Below are positions 1-11,900 of a stretch of 64,000 nt of DNA, in pieces. The position numbers and the translations under genes are program-made. Source of the stretch: Iphione sp. A-MEVVRFRX5. Its lineage: Eukaryota. The notes below the pieces were generated by a model. It made no database searches. It was not told the origin of the DNA and saw only the letters and a program-made list of their open reading frames with translations. The stretch is taken from assembly GCA_976226885.1 (NCBI GenBank), contig OZ320319.1:34410001-34474000 (forward strand), in the 5' to 3' direction. Position 1 is the stretch's first letter; every line of letters starts with the position of its first letter.

Positions 1-681
1 ATCTAGCACTCCGTGTCCGTTGGCCCCCGACATCAAATATTGGTCTAATTGTGGGTTTCACCGATTTTCTCAAAACCCACTTTACTGACAGACAGTGAAT
101 AACTACCAAATTACTCCATCTTGCCTCTAATTAGAAATAGCCTAATTAAGAACCCAAATACCTTCTCGATGAATGGCGTTGTCATGGCAACCTGTCCACC
201 ATCTCCCCCTGAAACTTTTCTAATTGTCCTGATTTTGGCGATTTTTGCATCGATTTGACATTGAAATCAGCGAATGATAGTTTTTGGCAGTAAATGACTG
301 TAAGAAGAGGCGGAGCCAGAGTAGAAGATTTAATCATTCATCTCGTTTCCCGTCTCGACTCGGCTAGCCACTGACCTCCCTGCTAGCTAAAGAACCTCTA
401 CCGAAGGCGAATGACGCCTTGAAAAACACAAGGCAATGCATTGTCATCTGGAATCACAATAATTTTGCCGTTGTCACGCTTATAAAATTAGCTTGAATGT
501 GACTTCACTTCAATCTCCATCTCAGGCATTTTTCTAGCATGTGATTATCCTTTTTAGAATTTCAAATTTGAAATTGCTAATCGAACCGAAGACGACCAGC
601 GAGGTTTAGAATAGTTAGATGTTTGCTGAAATCCGAAGCGCAAGATGCAATTTATCACGGATCGGCCTATCGCACCTTTAA
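1..681. mobile_element. Right end of a probable non-autonomous TTAA-targeting DNA transposon (Kolobok-like); left end outside the window
   Basis: The sequence ends ...GGCCTATCGCACCT|TTAA (CCT 675-677, TTAA 678-681), the terminal pattern of Kolobok-type elements. The interior is non-coding and contains a GTTGTCATGGCAAC palindrome (178-191). The partner TIR is not visible. Confidence 0.35.
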
Positions 682-2149
682 GAATTACACTGAGGTGTGT
701 CGTCGGGGTGATACGTGCCATGTGCATACAGGCACATGTGTATACATATGCACATGAAAGTGTCGGGGGGGGGTTCCAGTATAGCAGAAATAACGTGAAA
801 GAGGCATGGGTGGAGTGGTTTTGGGTATATTCGGGGCTGTGATACTGCAGGGAGAGCTGGCTGGTGCGGGCAAGCCGCTAGGATAGGGTGAGGGTCGGGT
901 TAGGTGGAGCAAGCATGAGGTGTATACGATGGATCCAAGGCTCTACAGTCGGGTCAGGCAGAGTTCAGGAACGCCGGATCTCGGCTCCAACTAAACCCGG
1001 CGGTGTCACGCAGGGGGCAGGGCCACGATCCGGACACAGCCTGTCGGGCGGAGAAGGGCAGGCCAGCTGGGCGGGTTGTTATGTGGGCAAGGATGGGGGC
1101 GAATGGGCTTCGGACAGCACATGGAGAAGGGGTGAGTGGGATGGTCGGAGGCACAGGGCACAGAGGGCGGAGCGGGTTGCTGGTTGGGGAGTGGGTGAGT
1201 ACCAACAGACGCCATAGTGGCGGGTGTGGGCACGATTCGAGAAGGGTGAGGGAAAGTGCTGCACGCAGTCAGGGTTGAGGGCGGTTCGTGGAAGAAGAGA
1301 AATAGGCGCAGCCACCCCCACCTCAACCCCCCGCGTTGTACACCACCCCCTCAACCCGCCTAGCCCCCAGCCACCCGCACCACCTCCCGGGCCCCGGACG
1401 TGTGGGTATTTATAGCGGCCGTTACCCGGTGACCGGCGTCGGGGTCAGGCCCTACCCGTCCCGGCCCCCGGGGTCACCCAAACCCCACCAGTCAGGTCCT
1501 ATTGATTTACGTTCTCGTTTTATACCCTCGGTCAACATTATTCCATGCTTTCGTCTTCAACTGGCCGCCTGATATGAGCTTGTAGTTTGTCTTATCGTAT
1601 CAGTATGTGCCTTCCATTCAACCATTGATATCCTTCCTCTTGAGGGCCAATATTGCATTCTCGCCTTGCACTCGGATATCTCGAAACTCCGGATATATCG
1701 AAATGTTATCTAAGAAGTCTCTTGTAAATTTATGAATAAGTACACTTGATGGAATTACAGATGGAAAACTTATCAGTGTTTGAATGATTTCTCAAGTCTT
1801 GATACTATGTAGATAATTGAAACTCTAGACGATGTTGGTTATGCATAGAATTATGTCTTCAAATATGACAGGCAACCTGTCCGGATTCCTCCCTCTAATG
1901 GGATTTTAAACGCACTGAGTGATCTGCTGCACACATTTTGAGATAATATTTCATGGCTGCGGAAGATGTATCAGAAACGTATTTATTGGATAAGTGAGTA
2001 CAGGTACACGCTGCCTTTTTGAAAGGAGGGTGATGGCCCATTATAGACAGAGGCAGAGGAGGGGGTGGAGGAGGTGATGGCCGAAGAGCGTTATGTAGAT
2101 GAAGTATGATTAACCAACCTATTCAATATTTTCATCCCTAATTCCCGAC

Positions 2150-2600
2150 AGCAGATAGGGTAGGACCAAGAGGCGGGAGAAAAGAAACGCTGGGATAGTC
2201 GCTCGTCGCGCCTGCGCGCAGCACGCGGCAACATTTGTATTTATTGCCAATGATATTTATGCTTCGCAGAGAGTTATTTCCACCCCTAGCGGCAGCTGGA
2301 GGAGCTAATGCTGCTCGAAATCAAAGCTCAAACGGATCACGTGACAAACAAACGCTGAGTGATCGCGAATAAAGCGCACTTCGGCGGCGTATTTAGTCGG
2401 ATGTTAATCAGGACTCACAGACATGGGTTTCATATTGAATTTGATATACCGACAACAGTCTCATGTCGTGCTCCCTAGCGCCCATAGATCAGTGAATTGT
2501 CCGCCCCACCGCCAGAGAGAAAGGGGGAGAAAGTGAAAAAGCCCATCAAGAAAGCGAGGGAACGCCGGTGCGTCACCACGGCCAACTTTTAAATCCTCGT
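2150..2600 (+). promoter_or_regulatory. Probable NAB proximal promoter / 5' region (CpG-rich patch)
   Basis: CpG-dense stretch (e.g. GTCGCTCGTCGCGCCTGCGCGCAGCACGCGG near 2199) with a TCACGTGA E-box (2337-2344) and a GC-box-like CCGCCCC (2501), 200-650 nt upstream of the first coding exon. The TSS and the non-coding exon are not resolved. Confidence 0.35.
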
Positions 2601-2803
2601 TATTGTTGCGAACGAAGTTTCTACGTAAAAGACGGCCTTGTTTCGTTTTGCGCTCGGGCGCTGCGCATTTTGTAAATGACTTCTCATGTTGTAAGTGTAC
2701 ACGTGCACATAGCAGTGCTAATGTACAAGTAAGAACACAATGCCAAAACCAACTGAAATATTTTATATTTTACTGTTACAGGCATTTGAATTGCGGCGTT
2801 GCC

Positions 2804-2903
2804 ATGGCGACGACGCAGCCGACCAACCCCTCCGAACTGCAGCTCTACCGCGTCCTCCAGAGGGCCAACCTGCTCCAGTACTACGAGACCTTCATCACAC
2901 AAG
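2804..2903 (+). CDS. NAB: NAB coding exon 1 (start of NCD1)
   Basis: Acceptor TTACAG ends at 2781; GCCATGG Kozak ATG at 2804; [33 protein letters not shown]+G; donor G|GTGAG at 2904. Confidence 0.93.
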
Positions 2904-5900
2904 GTGAGACACCCAGGATATGGTGGGAGGGCGGGCTCCAGGGTTACACAAGGAAATAGGCGGAGGAGGAGGAGGAGGAGGAGGAGGAGGAGGAGGAGGA
3001 GGAGGAGGAGGAGGAGGAGGAGGAGGAGGAGGAGGAGGAGGAGGAGGAGATAGGCTACTGGGGCTGCACACGTGTGAGCAAGGACAGCATACACTGGTCT
3101 CCCCAATAGTTCCCCCCCCCCCAGTGTAATAACATTGGTCAGTATCGACTCGGCGGCGACTTGATCATAACGAAACCGAGAACCCTCGCTCGTGCACTTC
3201 AAAGTGAAAATGTAATTGGTATACCAGTACAATGCACACATCTCACTGTAAATGAATGGAATGCGTCTCCTTTGTATGTGATTTCCCATGTACATGTATA
3301 TATACATGTATACATGTGCGCACGCGTCTTACCATCGCTGTATTGTCAAACAGACGACGATGCGTACGAGTCGCGCTTGCAAATTAGATCTATCAAGTGT
3401 TTCGTGTATTTATCGTGAAAAAGACACGTGTATTCTGTTTCTCTTGAGTATTGAGTGTGGTGATAAAGTAGATTCATGAATGTATATCTTGGAATGTTAG
3501 TATAAATTCTATATGTCGTTTGTTGCAGAACGATAATGACTAAAAAAGAGAGACTCGAAGGACAGGCTAAGGAGACGTTCAGCGAATTCTTTCGTCTTTA
3601 CTTAATACGCCCTTCACAAAATGCTGATATTCTTATTTCATTCTAAGACTACACGGTCCTTAAGGGTTATTGTTTCCTAAATTGTATCGGCAGTGTTCCC
3701 TGTGTAATTTTCCATCAACCCTGGATTCCTGGCATTCATAAGAGAATAGGAATAATTATCCATCTGGTCGTCATGATTTCATTCTGTGCAACGATTATAC
3801 AGTCAGATTAATAAATTGTCTATTACATTCATGGGGGTTATTAACGTGCTATTGGTTCTTTTGTTAAGCATGCGTGACGAACAAAGAAATATGCTGCAGC
3901 TGGTTATGATAATTCTCTCGTTTGAGCATGCGCAAACACTAATAACGGGAACCTAATTATAAAACCACGCCTAGTTTGACAGAAATCACTTTTTGATTTG
4001 AAAAGACAAATAAAAATTGATGTGTGACGAGAGAAATAGGAATTGTGAAGGTTTTGCTTCTTATCTGAAGTATTTGCGCAGCCAGGGCCGGCCTGATGCA
4101 GCGGCGCAAATGAATTCGCGATAGTGTTTTATTCTGGTCGCCATAGAAACTGTTTCTTATGTTACGTCTTTAATAAAAGATTTGCTGTCATCTAAATATA
4201 TTACAGACCGGTTTTAGGTGCCTTTGCGTATATTGTTATTGTAATGTTGGCAGTGTTTCTGCTCAAGAGACAGCGTTATGGATCGAGAGAATTTTACACA
4301 TCTGAGACAACCCCTTCCCCAACCCCCCCCCCTTCTGCAAAGAGAGAAACCACGCAAGGAGTACCTGTCTAGAATTTAAGAAAATTAGCATGTTGCCATG
4401 GTAACAGTTAATGCATGAAGAAACCAAACCGCTCGTGTTTTGTATCTAATTAGTCGAACTCGCTCAGATTTGAAAGAATGTGTGTTTCTATTTGCCATCA
4501 GGCTTTGTTGCAGAGAGATGTTTTGCTCCACTGCAGAAAACAAGCTCAAAGAATCAATTTTCCTGTTAGGATGGCTCTTCTCGTTCGGTCTTGCCGCCAC
4601 TGCGATTTGTCGCCAGATTTCAATAGTGTCGACTTTGGAAGCTCAGCTTTTGGCCATGCATGGCTATTGTTTGTTCGAACCCTTCAAAAAGGAAACAATG
4701 GGTGATTTTTTTTACTTCACGTGAACAATATTGTTGTAGGGCTGTTCTCCTTATTGCGCTGAGCTTTTTAGTCACCGCGATTGATAAGTTTTTTAGAGAC
4801 TGCGATTAATAATAAGTGATTTCCAGGGCGTGTTTTCCTTAATTGCAGTGGGTCGACAAAACACTACCCGGCCCGACATTAATTCTCTCCCGATCATTTT
4901 TCTGGGAGAAAAATGAAATAAACTCAATAACTTCATCTTCTTTGGAAACTACGAAAGTTCTCGGAGTAATAGTTTTTGGTTTAATAATCAAGAAGATTAA
5001 GTTTTGTCTGTCATGTTCTTCCTGGAACTCAATGAAAAGCCAGAAAGACTGCCGAAGCTTGTAAAGACTCAAGTCTATTTTACCTGTGGCAATTTTCCAT
5101 GTTCTTGCTTCGAGCAAAACCCAAGAACGGTCCAATTGCCCCTTGATCTTTATCATTCATTTTGCATATTTAAGAAAAGGTCAGTATCTGCTTTACGAGG
5201 ATAGAGGTAAATACATAAGAAATACATGAGTAATCCCTGAGACCATTTCATTTTAACTCAAAGCCTGTCTTCGATGTGAATAGTCCCTGTAGTTTATGCA
5301 TTTAAGTACGTCACTTCTCTTATGTTCATTATGTGGCCTTCATATCATGCGCTATGGGGCATTTCAGATACGCCTCATGTTTTAATATGCAGCACAAAAT
5401 ATATATGCTTACAGGTAAATTTGCCGCCAAGTGTAAAATAACCCCGTTTGGACTGTCGCTATCTGAAACCAAGCGAAGTAAAATACCAATAATTATGTTG
5501 CGCTAGTGCAATATACAGACAAATTCTACATGCGTTTCAGTCGGTGTCATTTTCGCATTGGTTGTGGGTGTGTCTTATACTTCAGAATAAGCTATATGCA
5601 ATATGGTCAGCGGTGCGCCATACATACATGTTCATGCTCGCGCAGAATCCAGCCGATACCTATCTTATATGTACACAAGCATGTGTCCGTATCTTGGAGC
5701 AGCAATCACATACATGTACTGGTATACTGTGTATACGACTCTCTAGTCTTTCTACTAGGTTTCACAACAGAGATAAAGTACTCCAGTTAGGTAAATGATG
5801 GACAGATATGTTTATATACATGTATTTTTGTTTTGAGGAGCCTATGCCTTCACCTTCATATACATGTACATCGTTTACCCTCTACCATTCCTTTCACACT

Positions 5901-8900
5901 TTAGCTTTTCCCCTTCCACACCCTCCTGTATTCTCTGGCATTCCCAACAGACCGACCCTTAACTTTTCTAAAGCATGGTGATATCTGCAATGCCTTTTTT
6001 GGTGTTTCCTACTTCCCCATGCATATACAATGGGCTACATCATCTCTCCAGTTTTCATACTCCACTTCTTCCATACTGTCTCCTGCACCATTTCCTTGTT
6101 TTAAACTTTTATTTTTACTGGAGGGAAAATGCAAAAGAGTGTTTAGATCCAATTTAACACAATTTTCATACTAGAAACCCTTTTCTCATACTAGAGAAAC
6201 CCACTTCTCGTAATAGAGACCCAGTTTTCGTACCAGAGACGCAGTTCTCGTATTAGAGGATTGGCTCTTTTCCCTTTCCCCCATCGCTTCTTTCGGAGGT
6301 CCTCACCTACACGTCCTCGCGTCCTATAATCACTTGTATTTTCTTGCAGGCGGAGATGACGTGCAGCAGCTCTGTGAAGCCGGGGAGGAGGAATTCCTCG
6401 AGATCATGGCTTTGGTTGGCATGGCCAGCAAGCCGCTCCACGTGCGCCGCCTGCAGAAGTCTCTTCAAGAGTGGGTGGCCCATCCAGGTACAGACATACG
6501 TATGTTGACACTACCGCTCCTTGCTTGCTATTTGTTGTGACCGCGTGCTTTTGTATCAGAAACCGATCTGGACGTGCCTCTACGCCTGATTCGGAGTTGC
6601 TACTCATTTCTTGCTCAATCTTCAGTAGGCAACACTGGCGGCATCGCCGCCCGTTTCTCATTTGCTTATCCTGACATCAGGGGAAATTTGTCATTTTATT
6701 TCGACGATTGCGTTTCAAAAAACGAACCATCTCTGAATGTGAATGGGCTATTTTTCATCGAGTTAGACACGCAATAGATTTCCAATATAATGGAATCAAC
6801 GTCAATGCATTTGGTAATGTTTCATGGATGGGTCCCAACAGAGATGATGCCACGTTTCCCCGATCCTAGTGAAGAAAACCAACATGAAGTGGTTTTATTT
6901 ATACTAGAAGTTGGAGTGATTTGCCGTACCAAATCTGCCTCTAGAAAGGACACGAGAACCTAATACTCGAATATCGGGCTGTTGTTGAGGCACAACCGAT
7001 CGGTTTCTTTTCTATTTTTCGATCGTTTTTTTTCAATTCTTCCTTTCTTTTAAGAATTTAAATAACATTAATTGTATCCGAACTGAGGGGAACCTCTCTA
7101 CAATTGACCTGAGGAATGCTTTGCTTTCTGTAACATTTCATTCATGGTGTTTATACGTTGTTCTTAAATGTAGTGTTTTTGGGACACGTCTGGCAATTTC
7201 ATTATTCCCTTAATGAAAGATAGTATTTTTCTGATATTGTCAAATAGAATTAACCTTTCGGTGTGATTTGTATTTCTTCCGGTATTAAAAAAAGATACTG
7301 CGTCAAATTTAATTATACAGAAGGGTCGCTTTTCTCGGGATAATGTATCGCTCTGTGTGATTACCTTTTTCCGTCCAAAATGACCCTTGCTGATACTGTT
7401 ACAGGGCATTGCCACATTTTGACTGTCTTTCAGCACCCGTTGACACGAGCCTTTTGCTCTCGTCCTCCGTCCCGCCCGAGCTCCGTCAGAAAGTTCATCA
7501 TTTTCGCTCTTTCAGCGATGTTTCAGCAGCCGTTGGCGGCGCTGACCCCGCCCCCGGCGCCCCCTGGTAGCATCGTGGCGTCGGTGCAGGGCGCCGTAGC
7601 GGGCGCCGTGGCGTACGCCGTGCAGCAAGCAGCCAGCAGTACCGTCATCACAGCGCCCACCTGGAACCCACACCCGGCCACAGTCTCGCTCTCTGGCACG
7701 CCCTCACCCCCACCACCGCCGACCACCTCATCCGCCTCGTCGTCCGCCTCGACTGTCGGCCATCTTCATCACACGCCGCCGCAGTCGCAACAGTCCCTTC
7801 AGCAACAGTCGCAACAGTCGCAACAGTCGCAGCCGCCAGTCAGTGCGGCGTCCAGCGCGCCAATCGAGTTCGTGCCGTCGCCGACGCACTCGACGGGCGG
7901 ACTCGACACGCCTAAGAACAGTCCCAGCCCTAGCAACGTGAGTATGATGACGTCACAACCTACGTCATAGCGGGCAATGGTCGTTTCCAGGCTTAAATTC
8001 AGCGGTAAACATTAAATTAAAAGCCCTACCATAGGACCTTTCGGTAAACCATCGCCACGACATGAAAATCGCGTCTCGTTTCCCTATAGCCAGAACCTAC
8101 CATAGGCCATTTCACACGATCCCATACAACCCAGACATTGGCCAAAAAAGGCGTACTTCCGGTGCGTACATTGTCCATATATTTGAATGAATAAATTCAG
8201 TAAAGCGACAGTATATAAAATTGAAATGATTGTTGCTATAGAAAGAAAACATGATAGGATCATTTCCTGTAAATTAAACAGGTTAGGCTTAATAACTCTT
8301 TTATTATTACCTAAAATATACCTAAAGAAGGGATAGCCTCACTCTCACACAGGTGTTACTTGGGTTTTGACCTGATAAGCCGTGGTGTGTGATATTAGGG
8401 GATCTCTATTTTCGAATTATTCAGAAATAGTTAAATATTTGTTCTATAAGATTCTTTTTTTGCAGCGAAGGATTCACATTATACATTTATACATGTATTA
8501 TCTATGTAGTATTTCCTTATGGAAGACAAGTGAGCAAGTGTGCTCACTTCTAAGTCTTGTATATGAAAGAAGAACCTTACGAGGTTTGTGTTTCGGGAAA
8601 GCTACCTCTATTGTATACATGTATTAACAAATGAGTCAAAGTAGTTTTGGCAGTGTTAAACATTAGTAAAACTGCAAGCACTGGAATGTAACAAGTCTAC
8701 TACAGCGAACTCAACAGGAAGTACGTTTTGTCATTCCAAACCCAATGCATTATGGGATCGTCTGAAACACTCTGTAATCAATGTACGATAGCTGGTTACT
8801 ATGCAGTACATATTTGCAGTCACGTGATATGCAATCCTCTAATATATCTTGGGCTGCATGCATTCGACAAGATTTCCATTCGCAAACAGTATGCTAAAGC

Positions 8901-11900
8901 TAGTGGACGCTCCGTCCGCAGTTAATTCTGAGCTGACTTACGTTACACTTCATTTTAAACTATTAGTGCAACATCTAACGTTCGGCTAGTTCCCCTTCCT
9001 TAGGACGAAATCATTTTCATGACGTTCGCAAAAACACCCAACCTCGATGATAAAGACAAAAGACATCTCCCAGCAACCATCCCGCCACCATGACGACCGT
9101 TTCTTGTGCTTTCTCTGCGAGGCTGCTTCCGAACACGAGTCCCTGTTATAATTTTCGCTAGTTAATGATGTGTTATTGAATTTGAAAACTTTTGTCCAAT
9201 GAGCATCTCCTATGTCAACTTGCTCGTCTTTTTTACTCCAAAAGTCTGGAATTGACATAATTGACGCGAGCTAAATTAATAAAAACAGCGAGTTTTCCGA
9301 GGAGTCACGAAATGGGAATGTTTTACTTTGGAGATAAAGTGTCTTTCAGACAGTGGATTTTGTTACGCTCTGTTCCAGATTATTGGAAGTAAAAACACAA
9401 TTTCTGTGTTTTCAATGAGTTGACTCTAACTCTACTCCAATATCGGACTAAAATGGCAGGAGACCAAAAAGGATCTTAGTTTCTGGTGGAAATTTATTTT
9501 TGCAGGAAAAATTGACTAAAGGATCTTTTTGCCAAAGAAGCCTGATTTCTTCTCGTCCTCAACGTCAGAGGGAAAGAGGAGATAGAGACTGAGAAAGAGA
9601 TGCGTCTCTGTTGCATGCTTGCCTCGATACAGTGATCTCGGGAGGCCCTTTGAAGTCATATTTTAATTCACCTGAACCAATTTAAAACGATCTGTTTTTC
9701 CACAGTTCCTTAGTTATAACTCGATATGGACTCGTTCTGAGCGATGTGAAAACAAAGACTTTAATTCTGAAGGAAGAAATGCTTCAGCTCGATCATTCAT
9801 GGCCTTGCCCTCAACATTTTCTTTTGATTATCAATACCACTAACCGATGCTGTGCTGCTTTCTGTATAGTAATGGCATGTTGAAGACTCGAAATCGTAGA
9901 TTTAGGACGGGCGCATAAAATCCTGTTGATACAAACTTTCAACGTTGGTAATAACCAGACCAGTCGTTGGGAGTGCAGTGCTTTTCGTGCTATGAAAGTA
10001 AGCGCGCCGACGGCAGGTTGAAAAGTCAAAACTCTCTTTTTGAGCCCCCATCCCTTTGTAACTTTCAGTTTTCACCGTGTGCCACGACTCGGTATGATAT
10101 GCTTTTCTTTTGCGGCTGTTCAAATTGCGTGCGTCCTAGGTTAACAGGTGAAGACCTTACGTGTTTGCGAGGCTGTCACGCCCTGAGTGTGTGAGTTCGC
10201 TCATAGACGCCCCTCCCACCTACTCCCGCAGCAACTAAAGCACAGTATCATTCACGGCAGGTGAAAGACGACACTCTTCCAGTTGGAGTGATTAGTCCTT
10301 TACCTTCAATGGTGGTGGTTCGTCATTGCACATCTCCGTCCAACTGGCGCCATTCCCCCCAAAGTATTCCACGTTAGCAAGACTTTTAATTTTCCTGGGC
10401 TTCCCAGTGCTGTCTTATGTTAATTGAAGACAAAAGTGTAGACAACCTCCTCTTGCTTATGCTTATATTGAAGTCATCGTGAATGGCTCGGCTGAAGCGT
10501 GGTCCTATGAAATGCCGCTTTTAAGTGCACGCACTCTTATTTCTTTACGCCACTCTTAATGCAGGATGTGACGGTAGTGCTTTGATGTTTCTTTACCTGC
10601 GGAAAATACATCTACAATGGCATCCTTTGATGATTTGGGACCGTTTTGAAAAGTTCCTTGGAAAATACTTTCGAAATGGAGATAACTGTCTATTTTTCTC
10701 CATTAGAGTATTGTTTCTGCTAAAAAGTATGTCATTTAGGGAGAATTAATTGACATTGTAGACGTTTGTTTTAGGCTATCTAGTTTGTTGTCCTTTACGA
10801 TATGATCTGGCGCTCAGGCATGCTGGGAACCATCAGAGTGAGCGTCTCCAGGCCGCCATAATGCTCACTAAAAGAAGGAAGCCGCTAACAGAGGAGAAAA
10901 CTTCTTCTCTGAGGCTCTGCCCACTTAAAGTCACAGAGCGAGAAATCTAATGGGGGATGATGGTTCGGCTAAGGCAGAGACGGCCGCCATATGTGTTTTA
11001 CAGCAATTTGAATATTTGATGTTAATGACTTCTGGCGCGTGATGAAAGGTCAGCCTGCGCCCTCTTGTTGTCCTAAGACTGTGGTACGTTGTTCTAACAC
11101 CTACCGCTGTATCTTATTGTCTTATGCTTTTTTTTTATAAGTAAGGACTACTCTCATGCTTTTAATTCCAGCAATTCATGTACATAATATAACTAATAGA
11201 GGAGCTATTTTCAGAACCCTTATTTGTTTGTTTAAATTTAACATCCGAATCATTCTGATGTCATCTTCATCTCAAAACTAGATCAAAATACACTTACAGT
11301 CGCTTCCGGAACAACAACAACAACAATAGTAATATTCTGTTGAACTTTGGAAACGACATACCCATTTGAGGCGTCCATTTTTATGCTCAGCACATGTCTT
11401 ATTGGAAACTGGCAGCCATCACCAGGGCCTATGAGAAAACATAAATGTATGAATAAAGATTTATTATAGATCATTTTGCAAAGAACGAAAAGACTGAGAA
11501 CACTTGCTCGAGGCAAAGAGTCAAGTGACGATACATTCCCTGTGACAGTATTGCTATTAGTGCTCGAAGGTCCCAATCCACTATTTGCCAAGAGTCCTCA
11601 CCATATTTAAAAGTGATCCTTTCATAATCAAATGGGCGGCCAGGCTTGACGGCTGATCCTAGTGGCGCCACCATACGGGCAAGACTAGAGACGTCTTGAC
11701 ATGCGCGTCGCGGATGTCCGGTCAGAAGAAACACCGCTCCGGATTCGTCATAACTTATTAATGCATGAAACTCTGCGAACCCCTGAATTAAGATGTAGAT
11801 TTTGTGGCCCTGCCATCGCCTCTAGAATAAAGTTCACACGCCAAATGCATTAGTGGAATAATTACATCATGTTGAGTAGAGGGAGCGGGAAGAGAGAGAG

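Noticed and set aside
2684-3307. ORFs with poly-Leu, poly-Arg or poly-Gly (2684-3307 minus, 2799-3053, 2920-3129)
   Set aside because: Translations of the (GGA)29 microsatellite in NAB intron 1.
4376-4842. Possible TTAA-flanked MITE in NAB intron 1
   Set aside because: TTAA occurs at both ends, but the putative TIRs match over only a few bases; not supportable without other copies.
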